This document shows, one piece after another, positions 1 through 10,177 of a stretch of 64,000 bases of DNA. Every line of letters begins with the position of its first letter. Positions within the stretch are counted from its first letter, which is position 1. Both the position numbers and the translations under genes were made by a program. Below the pieces are notes generated by a model. The model was given only the letters and a program-made list of their open reading frames with translations, did no database searches and was not told the DNA's origin. Origin of the DNA: an uncultured SAR86 cluster bacterium (GTDB lineage Bacteria > Pseudomonadota > Gammaproteobacteria > Magnimaribacterales > D2472); contig CACEAP010000004.1 of assembly GCA_902557645.1 (NCBI GenBank), positions 11,803-75,802 on the forward strand, given 5' to 3'.

Positions 1-403
1 CTCTTGTGCTTGTATCAGCAATATAAGCAAATGATGCAGGGCGAGTTGCAGAACCAATGATTCCATTAATCAGTCTTCCCATAATTAACAAAGGGAATAA
101 ATAAATTACATCAAGAATATTACGTTCTACCAAAAATAAAGGGGTTATTAGAGCAACCATTGAAATTGCATAACCAACGAGACCTAATATAGCAATATTT
201 CTTCTACCATATTTATCACTAGCTCTTCCCCATCCTGCGCTTGTCATAGCCCATGCAACAGCAGATATTGCAAAAATTGTAGAAGTTTGTATCTCAGATA
301 AACCTAATTCTCTTGCTAAGGGTGGGACAAGTACAAAGACAAAGGATTGTCCTAAGCCTACAGTAAAAAGTCCAAATTTAAGCCAAAAGGCGCCTTTACT
401 CAT
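1..403 (-). CDS. MFS transporter (DHA-type), N-terminal part; runs off the window start
   Basis: Not in the ORF track. Minus-strand ATG at 401-403 gives MSKGAFWLKFGLFTVGLGQSFVFVLVPPLARELGLSEIQTSTIFAISAVAWAMTSAGWGRASDKYGRRNIAILG. It has the MFS motif-A-like GxxSDKYGRR and a hydrophobic TM pattern. Confidence 0.6.
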   Translation of the reverse strand, partial: MSKGAFWLKFGLFTVGLGQSFVFVLVPPLARELGLSEIQTSTIFAISAVAWAMTSAGWGRASDKYGRRNIAILGLVGYAISMVALITPLFLVERNILDVIYLFPLLIMGRLINGIIGSATRPASFAYIADTSTR

Positions 404-953
404 ATATAAGATTCCAAATAAAGACTTTATTATTTGTAACTATAATATATTCATAATATTCAAGATATGCATGACTCCATTCATTATCAAATGGTTTAGA
501 AGGTTTATTAAATTTTGGATTAAGCATATAAATCATCTTTGTATTTGATATTAATTCTGCTGCTCGGTGGATTAAAATATTTACTTTTCCGGTATCTATT
601 GGAGGTTGGAGCCAATGATCCTTATGCAATATATTTTTTATTGAACTGACAAAAAACTCAAGATCGATTGTATTAAATTTTTTATGGCTATTATCATCAA
701 GGTTATAAGGACCACTGTTGCCTTTTAGTAGAAAGGAATTATGATTTAGGTGAATAAAATTATATGCATTGGATGAACAAATATCTGAATATAATGATTT
801 CCAGCTTAATTTTATCTGAGGCTTTATATCCCAATTAATCTCTGTAAAAGTTGCATGATTACTCAATCTGACTTTAATAGATTGCGGTTTCTCAAGAGCA
901 GAACTTGAGATCTCAAGAGGAACAATTTTATTCAATCTTTGATATACCAACAA
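396..953 (-). CDS. hypothetical protein (no recognisable motif)
   Basis: 185-aa ORF wedged between trpS and the MFS gene, overlapping both (26 nt and 8 nt). No TM segments or motifs recognised. Confidence 0.5.
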   Translation of the reverse strand: MLVYQRLNKIVPLEISSSALEKPQSIKVRLSNHATFTEINWDIKPQIKLSWKSLYSDICSSNAYNFIHLNHNSFLLKGNSGPYNLDDNSHKKFNTIDLEFFVSSIKNILHKDHWLQPPIDTGKVNILIHRAAELISNTKMIYMLNPKFNKPSKPFDNEWSHAYLEYYEYIIVTNNKVFIWNLIYE

Positions 954-1920
954 TCTCTCTTAGCTCACCAAGCATTTCGCTTGCTAAAGGTCTTACTTTT
1001 GCTGCACCAGCGTCAAGAAGTTCATTTACTAAATTTTTATCTTCTTGAAGCTTGTTATATTTATCTCTTATAGGCATTAATTCTAGATTAATAAGATTAA
1101 ATAATTTATTTTTAGCATCTCCCCATGATATACCTTCTTTATAATCATTTTTAAACTGAGATTGTTGCTCTAATGAAGCAAATTGGGTATATAGATTAAA
1201 AACATTACATCCATTGGGATCTTTTGGATCACCCGGTTCAAGAGAATTAGTGACTATTTTAGCAATTGATTTTTTAAGGGTTTTTTCATCTGATAATAAT
1301 GGAATAATATTATTGTAGGATTTACTCATTTTTCGACCATCAAGTCCTGGTATAACCTTTTTATCTTCTTGAACTATAGCTTCGGGAATATTGAAAGTTT
1401 TTTTATATAAATGATTAAATCTTTGTGCTATATCTCGTGTCATTTCTAGGTGTTGTAATTGATCTGATCCTACTGGAACATGCGTAGAGTTAAAAATTAA
1501 AATATCTGATGCCATTAGTATTGGATAAGAAAATAATCCCATATTGATTCCCTTATCCTCATCTGATTTATTTTCAGCAATAGCTGCTTTATAAGCATGA
1601 GCTCTATTCATTAGTCCTTTTGCAGTTATGCAAGTAAGAATCCAACTTAATTCAGTTATCTCTTTAATATCTGATTGTTTGTAAAAATATGACTTATCTG
1701 TATCTAAGCCTGAAGAAAGCCAAGCTAATGCTACATCTTTAACTGAAGCCTTAATATCTATAGTGTTCTGAGTTTTAATAAGTGCATGATAATCAGCTAA
1801 AAAGAAAAAAGATTCAGAATTTTCTTCTGCTAATTCTAGACTAGGTTTAATTGCACCTAAATAATTTCCAACATGAGGAGTACCAGTTGTCGTAATTCCT
1901 GTTAGAATTCGTTTTTTCAT
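928..1920 (-). CDS. trpS: tryptophan--tRNA ligase
   Basis: Class I aaRS signatures: HIGH-like TPHVGNYLG near the N-terminus and KMSKS (GRKMSKSYNN). The 330-aa length is typical of TrpRS. Confidence 0.95.
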   Translation of the reverse strand: MKKRILTGITTTGTPHVGNYLGAIKPSLELAEENSESFFFLADYHALIKTQNTIDIKASVKDVALAWLSSGLDTDKSYFYKQSDIKEITELSWILTCITAKGLMNRAHAYKAAIAENKSDEDKGINMGLFSYPILMASDILIFNSTHVPVGSDQLQHLEMTRDIAQRFNHLYKKTFNIPEAIVQEDKKVIPGLDGRKMSKSYNNIIPLLSDEKTLKKSIAKIVTNSLEPGDPKDPNGCNVFNLYTQFASLEQQSQFKNDYKEGISWGDAKNKLFNLINLELMPIRDKYNKLQEDKNLVNELLDAGAAKVRPLASEMLGELREIVGISKIE

Positions 1921-1950
1921 TATTTAATTATAAACTTCATAAGGGTTAAT

Positions 1951-3387
1951 GTGGAAACTACTAAAGATTTATTTAATTTTTTAGATCAGGCTGAAAAGTA
2001 CTTCGAAGATGGGTCTATTAAAAAAGCTCAAAAGATTGTTAGAGATGTTAATAATCAAATTAAGAAAATAGATAAAATACCTAATAAGCTTCGGCATAAA
2101 TTTAACTCAGCTTTAGCTCAATCAAGATATTATGATGATGTTTCTTCTTTTGCAGCTAATCCAAAAAGAAATGAATTAATAGATGCTATTCAAGATCTAG
2201 TTAATAATCCATCTGAATCGCCAAAAAAACAAGCTAATATAATTCATGATATTCAAACTAAATGGCAACTACTAGACCTATCTAGCCGCCCTGCTGGTAG
2301 AGATCAATGGAAAAGTTTCAATGAATTAACCAATAAAGCATGGGAACCATGTAAAGAGTTTTTTGACGAGTTAAAAGAAAAAAAGATTCAAAATGCAGTT
2401 AAAAGAAAAAATCTTATACTCCAAATAGATAAATTTATTCAAGAAAATTCAAGTAATTGGCCTGATGCTAAATTTTTAATTAAATTTATGAATAATATTT
2501 TTAATCAATGGAAAAAATATGCTCCCGTTCTTGATAAAGATCTAAAAAAACTAAAAGATGCTTACTTTGAAGCAAAAAAACCAATTTCGAAGGAAATAGA
2601 CCGTCAAGAAAAAATTGTAATAAAAGCTAAAGAAGTATTAATCTCAAAGGTGGATCTTATTGATGATGAGGATAATGATATCTGCATTAAAAAATTTAAT
2701 GATTTAAAACAACAATGGAAGCAAACAGGATCTGCTGGAAGAAGGCATGATAATAAATTATGGGAAAAGTTTAATAAATCAGCAGATAGATTCTTTGCTG
2801 CTAAAAAAGAGGATATTGAAAAGGATTTAAAAGCTCTAGAGATATTAAATAATGATTTAGAAGCTGGCCTAAAAAACCCTATTGAACTTAGAGCCGCTAG
2901 TGAATCATTGGTGAACATTAATAAAACAAAAGAGCTTTTTACTTTTATAAAAAAAGTTGATAAACATCAAGAAAATTTAAATAAACAAGCTAATCTAGAA
3001 AAAGTTGTTTCATATAAAGATTTATACAATGTTTTCTTAGGGAAAAAATCATCTGAGCAAATTAATATCCCTAAAAGTATCATTGATGCATTAAATCTTG
3101 CAGATAAAAAAACTGACAAAGAAAAACTGCTTTATAACTGTGTTAAGTTAGAGTTGATTGCAGGAATAGATAGTTTAAAAAAAGATATTAATATAAGACA
3201 AACAGTTCAACTTGAAATGTTAGCCGATAAATTCAATAAAGGTGAGACTAATAAAAAAGCTATTACTGATAATTTATTAACAAACTTTTTTAAAAATTTA
3301 TCTCCTGCAGATGCTGGGACAAACGAAGCAAAGCTTTGGAATAGAATAAGCAAATCATTGGATGAGCTTAGTGATGATTTGTTTTAA
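1951..3387 (+). CDS. DUF349 repeat protein
   Basis: Repeated helical K/E-rich units with W..F......F motifs (QWKSFNELTNKAWEPCKEFF, KLWEKFNKSADRFF). GTG start preceded by AAGGG 5 nt upstream. Confidence 0.75.
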   Translation: METTKDLFNFLDQAEKYFEDGSIKKAQKIVRDVNNQIKKIDKIPNKLRHKFNSALAQSRYYDDVSSFAANPKRNELIDAIQDLVNNPSESPKKQANIIHDIQTKWQLLDLSSRPAGRDQWKSFNELTNKAWEPCKEFFDELKEKKIQNAVKRKNLILQIDKFIQENSSNWPDAKFLIKFMNNIFNQWKKYAPVLDKDLKKLKDAYFEAKKPISKEIDRQEKIVIKAKEVLISKVDLIDDEDNDICIKKFNDLKQQWKQTGSAGRRHDNKLWEKFNKSADRFFAAKKEDIEKDLKALEILNNDLEAGLKNPIELRAASESLVNINKTKELFTFIKKVDKHQENLNKQANLEKVVSYKDLYNVFLGKKSSEQINIPKSIIDALNLADKKTDKEKLLYNCVKLELIAGIDSLKKDINIRQTVQLEMLADKFNKGETNKKAITDNLLTNFFKNLSPADAGTNEAKLWNRISKSLDELSDDLF

Positions 3388-4732
3388 TAGTTAAAGACTG
3401 CATCCATTTTTCTGACATAAATATTTTGACATATAAAATTGCTTTTACTGAGTAATCTGCTATCAAAGTTCCAAAAATATATTCTATTGGTGCATTAAAA
3501 TATAAGAAGATTAAAGCTAAAAGAACTCTTATTGCTAGTAAGCATGTCAATGTAATAAAAAGAGGTGATTTTGTATCTCCTGCGCCTCTAAGAGCGCCTC
3601 CTAATGAAAACTCTATTGCCATCAAAGGCTGTAGTGAGCCCATTATCCATATAAATATTACTGTGAGCCTTATAACTTCTTGATCATTTATAAGAAAACC
3701 TACTATCTCATTAGCAAATAAAATTATAAATGCGCCAAATATAGTCATAAAACCTATTGATAATCTCATGCCACTCCATGCAGACCTTTTTGCTTGAGTG
3801 TTATCATCAGCTCCCATGTGTTGACCAACTAGACTTGCTCCAGCCATAGAAAACCCAAATCCTATTACAAAAGAAAATGCTAGTATTTGAATGCCAATGC
3901 CATATGCTGCATATGCAGTTGTGCCATATTGAGCAACTATTATCAAAAATGCATTTATACCTGTCTGAAAAATAGCTTGCTCTGCAGCTGCTGGAAGACC
4001 AACTTGAAAAATATTCTTTATCCTATCTAAATCTAATATAAATAGTGAGGAGTATTTAGCTTTGACAAGATTTAACCTCCAAACCATTAATGATAAAAGT
4101 GCGCCACATAAAAAAGATATTCCATTGCCAATAGCAGCCCCATAAACACCATAATTATCGAATCCAAAATATCCATTGGTAAGAATAATCATAGAAGCTA
4201 CTCCAATAATATTCATAATTACTGAAATAATTAATGGGGTTTTAACATCACCAATCGATCTAAAGCCAGTTGTTATTGAAAGCCCAATTGCAAGTAGAGG
4301 AAGGAAAGGAGCTAAATATTTAAGATAGATTATCGACATAGCTAATGCGTTGTCTTTAAGTCCTAAAAATCTTACAAAAGGTTCAGCATAAAGCCATAAC
4401 AATAGAGCAAAAATAATACTAAAACTTAGAGTTAGATGGATTGTTCTTGATAAGTATTTGCTGCTTTCTTCATATTGTTTTGCACCCCAATATCTTGCCA
4501 TGAGAGCAGTTGTTCCAGAAAGAATACCCATAAGTATTGCTTGAAGAATGAAGCTAATTCTCTGACCAGTTATAGTAGCAGCAACTGCATCTTCTCCAAG
4601 ACCGCCAACAACCTTAATCGCAATAATTGATGATGTAGCAAAAAGGAGATTGGTTATAATGGTTGGCCAAGCTAAACTCCAGACACCAGAAGACCCTTTT
4701 GGAATCTCCGATTCCTCATAAACTTTTTCCAT
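3368..4732 (-). CDS. MATE family efflux transporter
   Basis: 454 aa, about 12 TM segments. The N-terminal WSLAWPTIITNLL...GGLGEDAVAA pattern is typical of NorM/DinF-type MATE proteins. Confidence 0.9.
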   Translation of the reverse strand: MEKVYEESEIPKGSSGVWSLAWPTIITNLLFATSSIIAIKVVGGLGEDAVAATITGQRISFILQAILMGILSGTTALMARYWGAKQYEESSKYLSRTIHLTLSFSIIFALLLWLYAEPFVRFLGLKDNALAMSIIYLKYLAPFLPLLAIGLSITTGFRSIGDVKTPLIISVIMNIIGVASMIILTNGYFGFDNYGVYGAAIGNGISFLCGALLSLMVWRLNLVKAKYSSLFILDLDRIKNIFQVGLPAAAEQAIFQTGINAFLIIVAQYGTTAYAAYGIGIQILAFSFVIGFGFSMAGASLVGQHMGADDNTQAKRSAWSGMRLSIGFMTIFGAFIILFANEIVGFLINDQEVIRLTVIFIWIMGSLQPLMAIEFSLGGALRGAGDTKSPLFITLTCLLAIRVLLALIFLYFNAPIEYIFGTLIADYSVKAILYVKIFMSEKWMQSLTIKTNHH

Positions 4733-4980
4733 TATTTATTATTGCTAAAAGTTTTTAAGTAAAGAATGCCGTATATGAATGTATAGATGAAACCAAGCTT
4801 AGCATCTGGGCCATCTATTATTTTATTTTTATAGATAATACATTCAGCTATATGAACAACAACTAAAAAATAAAAAATTAGACTTACAACCCAGAACAAT
4901 AAACTATTGTTAAAGGGAGAAAAAATATTAATTAGGCCAAGAATCCAAGGTATTAGAATTAAATTATCTGTTAGTTTCAT
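4732..4980 (-). CDS. small membrane protein (tentatively DUF1145/YhhL-like)
   Basis: 82 aa, 2-3 TM segments. Its stop overlaps the MATE start (TAATG), implying translational coupling. Confidence 0.5.
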   Translation of the reverse strand: MKLTDNLILIPWILGLINIFSPFNNSLLFWVVSLIFYFLVVVHIAECIIYKNKIIDGPDAKLGFIYTFIYGILYLKTFSNNK

Positions 4981-5003
4981 TTAGATGATTTTATTTGAAA
5001 TAG

Positions 5004-6413
5004 TTATATATAGATATCTTTATTTTTTTTATTTAATTCAAATATTATTTCAGCATGTTTCTTTCTTGTAATTTTATACTTATAGACCAAAAATGCTGGT
5101 ATTAGAACTAAACAAGCAACAACAGGTCCTTGAATAATTAATAATGAGTAGATTTCACTATCAGTGCTATTTGAGCCTTTAAAACCAATTAACGAAAGAA
5201 CTAAGCCTGCTGTAAAACTGCCTAAACCTGTATTAACTTTACCCATAAAAGATATAGCTGCATATAAAATACCCTCTTGCCTTTTTCCACTTTCAAGCTC
5301 AACTTCATCACTAATATCTCCAAGCATAGAATCTCTAGTCATTATTCCAATAATGTTAAATGTCATGCCAACAATTAAAAAAGATGACAAAAAAGGTATT
5401 AAAGTCCATGAGCCTTTTTCAGGAGTCAGCCCAAGATTAAAAAAAGTAAAAGGCATGAAAGTAAAAAATGAAACAATACACAGACTTACGATAACAATAT
5501 ATTTTTTATCATATTGTTTAATTATTCTAGGTGTTATTAAAAAAGCAAAATAAGTACATAAAGCATAAACTGGAAGAAAAGCAGTTATTTGTACTGAGGA
5601 AAATTCCCAAAAAAATGTATTTACGTATAAAGTTAACGCATTACCAAGACCCCAAGCAATTGCTAATGTTAGATTTATAAAAAACAATCTTAAAAAAGAT
5701 CGATTAGATAACGCTATCTTTAATTCATTTAATATGTCCCTTAATTTAATTGAGCCTGTCCATTTAGATAATGATTTTCCAACTTGCAAAGTTGTTGATG
5801 ACGAAAATAGTATTGAAAAAATTATTATTACTGCTCCGGCAACAGCAAATGGTAAATATGCATCAGGATTCAGCATCCCTCTTTCATAATCTGAAGTAGA
5901 TCTAAGAAAAACAAAGTAACCTAAAAACGCATTAGTTAGCCCAGCCAACCAACCAAATAATTCTCTCCAAGACATTATTGACACTCTTTCTTCATAATCC
6001 TTGGATAATTCAGCTCCTAAACCTCTATGAGGAATATCAAATAATGTCATCCCTACCCTAGTTAGTATTGCAAATGAAACCATCCATAAAAATAAACCTG
6101 TTTGAGTAACATCCCAACTTGGATTTGGTAAAAATAATAAAATATAGCCAATGCTTATAGGCACAAAAGAAATAAACATATAAGGATGTCTTCTACCCCA
6201 TCTAGAATTAGTTCTATCAGATATTGTTCCCATCAATGGGTCGGTTATAGCATCTACACATAAAGCTATTAGAATTGCTAAACCAGCCAATGCAGGCTCA
6301 AGCCCTGCTATATTGGTATAAAAGAATAATAAAAAGAAAGTAAACATATCTGTTTTAACGCCATTAGCTGCTGCTCCAACTGCATAATTTCTTTTTATGG
6401 TGGTGGTTATCAT
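5004..6413 (-). CDS. GPH (glycoside-pentoside-hexuronide/MelB-type) cation symporter
   Basis: DPLMGTISDRTNSRWGRRHPYMF loop motif typical of the GPH family. 469 aa, about 12 TM. Paralog of 29317..30747. Confidence 0.85.
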   Translation of the reverse strand: MITTTIKRNYAVGAAANGVKTDMFTFFLLFFYTNIAGLEPALAGLAILIALCVDAITDPLMGTISDRTNSRWGRRHPYMFISFVPISIGYILLFLPNPSWDVTQTGLFLWMVSFAILTRVGMTLFDIPHRGLGAELSKDYEERVSIMSWRELFGWLAGLTNAFLGYFVFLRSTSDYERGMLNPDAYLPFAVAGAVIIIFSILFSSSTTLQVGKSLSKWTGSIKLRDILNELKIALSNRSFLRLFFINLTLAIAWGLGNALTLYVNTFFWEFSSVQITAFLPVYALCTYFAFLITPRIIKQYDKKYIVIVSLCIVSFFTFMPFTFFNLGLTPEKGSWTLIPFLSSFLIVGMTFNIIGIMTRDSMLGDISDEVELESGKRQEGILYAAISFMGKVNTGLGSFTAGLVLSLIGFKGSNSTDSEIYSLLIIQGPVVACLVLIPAFLVYKYKITRKKHAEIIFELNKKNKDIYI

Positions 6414-6415
6414 TA

Positions 6416-7384
6416 TTAAGAATTAGTATTTAAATGATCTAAAAGTTTTTGTTCAAATTGTTTAAAAATGGGTGGTTCGATCATATGTCTCATATCATCT
6501 ATTATTATTAATTCACTATTAGGAATAAGTTCATGCATTTTATATGCATTTCTAACTTTTAGTAATGGGTCTTCTTTGCCATGAATGATAAGCGTCGAAG
6601 ATTTAATTGCTTTAATTTTATTAAATCTATTTTTTGAAGCTAGTATTGCTAAAAGCTGTCTAGAAAAACCTGTGTCATCATCAGATCGCTTCATATTGTT
6701 CATAACAAAATCTTTAAACTCAGGTGTATTAAACTCATAACCTTCCATTCCTATTGCTGTAATAAGTCTAACCGTTCTTTCATATCTCTCCTCATAAGAT
6801 GCATCTTTTTTTAGTGATCTATCCATAATCAATTTTCTTACTTCTCTTGTCGGGCTATTAAGTGGACTCGGAGTTGCTGATGTCGAAGCTATTAAGGTAA
6901 ATGATTTAATCCTCTCAGGATAATTTGATGCAATTATTTGAGCAATCATACCACCCATTGACATACCTAATAAATGAGCTTTTTTAATATTCAACTTATC
7001 CAAAATTGAGATTCCGTCCATAGCCATATCATCTATAACGTATTCTGTATTAATAGGTAATCTAAATATGTACCTTAGATAATCAGAGGTGTAATTTGGT
7101 TGATTGTTGAACTTTGTTGAAAGTCCTACATCTCTATTATCATAGACGATAGGCCTAAAATTATTATCTTTAAGAAAATTAATTAAGTTTTCTGGCCAAA
7201 AGGTTAATTGACCTCCAAGCCCTTGAACTAAAAGTATTGGCTCAGCATTTTTTGGACCATAATCTCTATAGTAAATTTTAATTCCATCATTATCAGCATA
7301 ACCTTCTTCATAAGCATTAATTGGTGCATTAATACCAATAACTAAAATATAGAAAAAATATTTTATATTTTTAAATAAATGCAT
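6416..7384 (-). CDS. secreted alpha/beta hydrolase
   Basis: N-terminal signal-like segment, HG-type oxyanion region (LLVQGLGG), GxSxG nucleophile elbow GMSMGG, and a C-terminal D...H (IIDDMRHM). Confidence 0.85.
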   Translation of the reverse strand: MHLFKNIKYFFYILVIGINAPINAYEEGYADNDGIKIYYRDYGPKNAEPILLVQGLGGQLTFWPENLINFLKDNNFRPIVYDNRDVGLSTKFNNQPNYTSDYLRYIFRLPINTEYVIDDMAMDGISILDKLNIKKAHLLGMSMGGMIAQIIASNYPERIKSFTLIASTSATPSPLNSPTREVRKLIMDRSLKKDASYEERYERTVRLITAIGMEGYEFNTPEFKDFVMNNMKRSDDDTGFSRQLLAILASKNRFNKIKAIKSSTLIIHGKEDPLLKVRNAYKMHELIPNSELIIIDDMRHMIEPPIFKQFEQKLLDHLNTNS

Positions 7385-8465
7385 TAATTCGGTCCTTTAC
7401 ATTAGTCCTAAGTGAGCCCCAAAATAGTGAAATATCAAAATTATGAAGATCTCCAGAATTTATTAATTTTCTAATTTTCTCAACAAGCATACCTTTTGTT
7501 TCAAGCAGTCCATTATCCTGATTTATTCTGCAACTAAAATTCTGAGGGATTGAAGGAATAATTGATTTAATTGACCCGGAGTATTCTTTAGCTAAACGGT
7601 CAGTAAAATTATAATTCTTTGCTTTAGTAGTAATTGCTAAATTGTTTGAAAGTGCGTCACACCATAATGAACTAGAATTCCAGGATAAAGGATTAGTACC
7701 TATTATTTTTTGTCCCATATCTACTTTAACCCAACCATCTGGTAACCAAGCAATTGTCTTCTCTCTATTGCGCATATGTCCTTCTGTAACAGTTGCCCAT
7801 GAAACAACAGAATGAAGATCTTTTGGAGATTCTGATGCATTTAAGTGAGGAAATAATAAATTAAAATTATTTTCAGGTATTACATAACCAATCAAATAAG
7901 CACATACCAGTTGATTTTTTAAGAAAGAATTTTGAATTTTATTATGAATTAATCTTTGGCCATGAAGCGCACCTTGACTATGAGCAGCAATAATGAAAGG
8001 TTTGCCTTCATTAAAATTCTCTAAATAATAATCAAATGCTTCTTCAACATCGCTATAAGCTAAATCATGCGCATCGAATCCATTACTCCCCTCGTCAAAG
8101 TAAGAATAATAAGTTGCTTGTCTGTAATGTGGTGCATAAATATTACATAACTCATTAAAAGCACTTGCCTGACTAATAAGCATTAGCTCTGTTCTATCAT
8201 ATGAAGCTATGCTCTTATCAATTCTACAGTTCCAATATTTGCCAAAGAATCCAGTTGGATGAATGTAGAATACATCTACGTCTGCTTCATCAATAATTGA
8301 TTTAAAAGATTCATCAGGAACTTTATGTTGAAGACCTTTTATATGAGGAAGCGCTGCCCAATTATAAGTAACTGAATAATCTGGTTTTTCAGGATGTTCA
8401 GAATTACTAAATGCATGTTTTGGTTTTATGGGCGCAAGAAGCTTTATAATTTCTTCTTTTTGCAT
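7371..8465 (-). CDS. DUF3089-like alpha/beta hydrolase (putative lipase)
   Basis: AAHSQGA nucleophile-elbow variant (GHSQG type) in a 364-aa protein. Overlaps the downstream hydrolase by 14 nt. Confidence 0.6.
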   Translation of the reverse strand: MQKEEIIKLLAPIKPKHAFSNSEHPEKPDYSVTYNWAALPHIKGLQHKVPDESFKSIIDEADVDVFYIHPTGFFGKYWNCRIDKSIASYDRTELMLISQASAFNELCNIYAPHYRQATYYSYFDEGSNGFDAHDLAYSDVEEAFDYYLENFNEGKPFIIAAHSQGALHGQRLIHNKIQNSFLKNQLVCAYLIGYVIPENNFNLLFPHLNASESPKDLHSVVSWATVTEGHMRNREKTIAWLPDGWVKVDMGQKIIGTNPLSWNSSSLWCDALSNNLAITTKAKNYNFTDRLAKEYSGSIKSIIPSIPQNFSCRINQDNGLLETKGMLVEKIRKLINSGDLHNFDISLFWGSLRTNVKDRINAFI

Positions 8466-8473
8466 GGTAATAA

Positions 8474-9043
8474 TTAAGCGCTATAAATAGACTTCTTAGG
8501 AGCTTTAAAGACCTCTTCAACCATTGGAACAAAGAAATCTAAATCATAAGAATCATAATCTGGATCAAAACTATTTTGATCATACTTGGCACAAAATTCT
8601 GCGCACTTATTAAAATACTTATGATCTTTATATTTATCTCGCATATTCTTATCTAACCCAAGAAAATGGAAGAAATAATAACCTTGAAAAATACCATGAT
8701 GTTTTACAATCCAATGGTTTTCTTCAGAAACATATGGCTCAAGTATGGTGGCAGCAATATCTGCATGATTTGAGGGTCCTAATGTATCGCCAATATCATG
8801 AAGTAATGCGCATACTACATATTCAACATCTCGTCCGTCTTTATGTGCTCTTGTAGCAGTTTGTAAGCAATGAGTCAGTCTATCAACAGCGAATCCTCCT
8901 GTATCACCTTCTAGAAGCTTCATATGATCAATAAGTCGCTTTGAAAGTGAAAGAGTATGATCCTTACCCCATTCCCCGATAATTTTGTAATCATCAGCAG
9001 TGCCGTTAACCATTTCGGTAAATGATGCTTGTTCTTTATTCAT
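8474..9043 (-). CDS. HD-domain metalloprotein, COG4341/PhnZ-like
   Basis: H58...H82-D83 (LLHDIGD)...H93...H115/H116...D155/D160. About 190 aa, with an RLTHCLQTATRA segment reminiscent of PhnZ-type HD proteins. Confidence 0.75.
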   Translation of the reverse strand: MNKEQASFTEMVNGTADDYKIIGEWGKDHTLSLSKRLIDHMKLLEGDTGGFAVDRLTHCLQTATRAHKDGRDVEYVVCALLHDIGDTLGPSNHADIAATILEPYVSEENHWIVKHHGIFQGYYFFHFLGLDKNMRDKYKDHKYFNKCAEFCAKYDQNSFDPDYDSYDLDFFVPMVEEVFKAPKKSIYSA

Positions 9044-9079
9044 ATAAAAATTATATATTAAAAAAATATTCGATGTTAA

Positions 9080-9499
9080 TCATCTTGGGCGAATAAGTTT
9101 TATTGTTGAAGTTGCAGTAGCTATTAGTTTTTTATCTTGAATGAGCTCAGCAGATGAGAAAGCTATAGATTTTCCCATTTTTAAAATTTTTGAATTAACC
9201 TCAACTTTCTTTGGTCTACATGGAAGCAAATACTTAACATCAATATCCAAGGATAATGGGTTAACCTTAAATTCATATAAATTTAAAATATATTGAGCCA
9301 TAGAGGCATCTAACATTCCTGCAATAAAACCACCCTGAACAATCGTGCCATTAGAATGAGTAAGACTCATGGATGGATTAAAAATGCATGAGTATATTCC
9401 AGCTTTTTCATCAAAAGAAAAATCTTCAAATCCAAGAATATCTAAAAATTCTGGTTTATGCTTTTTAAAAATCTCCATTCTTTCTTTAAGATTCTTCAT
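9080..9499 (-). CDS. PaaI-family hotdog thioesterase
   Basis: 139 aa with the HSNGTIVQGGFIAGMLDASM core typical of PaaI/YdiI thioesterases. Confidence 0.8.
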   Translation of the reverse strand: MKNLKERMEIFKKHKPEFLDILGFEDFSFDEKAGIYSCIFNPSMSLTHSNGTIVQGGFIAGMLDASMAQYILNLYEFKVNPLSLDIDVKYLLPCRPKKVEVNSKILKMGKSIAFSSAELIQDKKLIATATSTIKLIRPR

Positions 9500-10091
9500 A
9501 TTTTAATAACCTCATTATAGCTATGCTTGTTTTAACGGTGATAGCTTTACTAGGTGAGTAAATAACTTGTTGTGTTATAGAATGTAAAACTAATTGCATT
9601 ATTTGGTCAATTAAAAAAGGGTCAAATTTAATGTTAAAAACGCCCTCTTTAATTCCTCGTTTAACATCAGTTGTCACCCTTCTCTTGTTAAGATTCCAAA
9701 CATCAGTTCCATAACTACCTCTTTGGGTTTGTAATATCACTACCGCCCATTTAGGCCTTAAAGCTAAATAATTTATATATTCAACATGGCCTGTTTTAAC
9801 TACCTCAACTGCATTAGGGGCCTCTGCTTTTTTCTGATTTAAAAATGTTGCTATAGGTCTTGAAATATTAAGTGCAGCCTGTGAGTATATGTCTTCTTTA
9901 TCTAAAAAATGATTATAAAAAGTGCCATTTGCAACCCCTGATATTTCACATATTTCTTTGACTGAAGACAGATGAAAACCCTTTTCATATATTAATTCAA
10001 TAGCGGCATCAATGAGTTTAAAGTATGTCCTTTCTCTTTTTGATGATTCAGAATGAAGATTAATAAAATATTTAGCAGTATCTATTGTCAT
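9486..10091 (-). CDS. TetR/AcrR family transcriptional regulator
   Basis: N-terminal HTH (LIDAAIELIYEKGFHLSSVKEICEISGVANGTFYNHF), 201 aa. First gene of the minus-strand hydrolase operon and divergent from 10178..11092. Confidence 0.85.
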   Translation of the reverse strand: MTIDTAKYFINLHSESSKRERTYFKLIDAAIELIYEKGFHLSSVKEICEISGVANGTFYNHFLDKEDIYSQAALNISRPIATFLNQKKAEAPNAVEVVKTGHVEYINYLALRPKWAVVILQTQRGSYGTDVWNLNKRRVTTDVKRGIKEGVFNIKFDPFLIDQIMQLVLHSITQQVIYSPSKAITVKTSIAIMRLLKYEES

Positions 10092-10177
10092 CTTGTTATT
10101 TTACTTTTCAAAATGAGATAAGTCTCAAAAAAATAATTTTATATCGATTAAATATAAATTGTAACTATACTGAACTA

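Noticed and set aside
10085-10177. TTG start at 10085 for the alpha/beta hydrolase, and analogous upstream TTG starts at 15169 and 43804
   Set aside because: The 10085 start would overlap the divergent tetR start and add a non-hydrophobic 31-aa leader. At 10178 and 15151 the first ATG gives a clean signal/anchor peptide, and 15151 also has a GGGAG SD. At 43804 I simply preferred the first ATG (43822), with no SD before either start.
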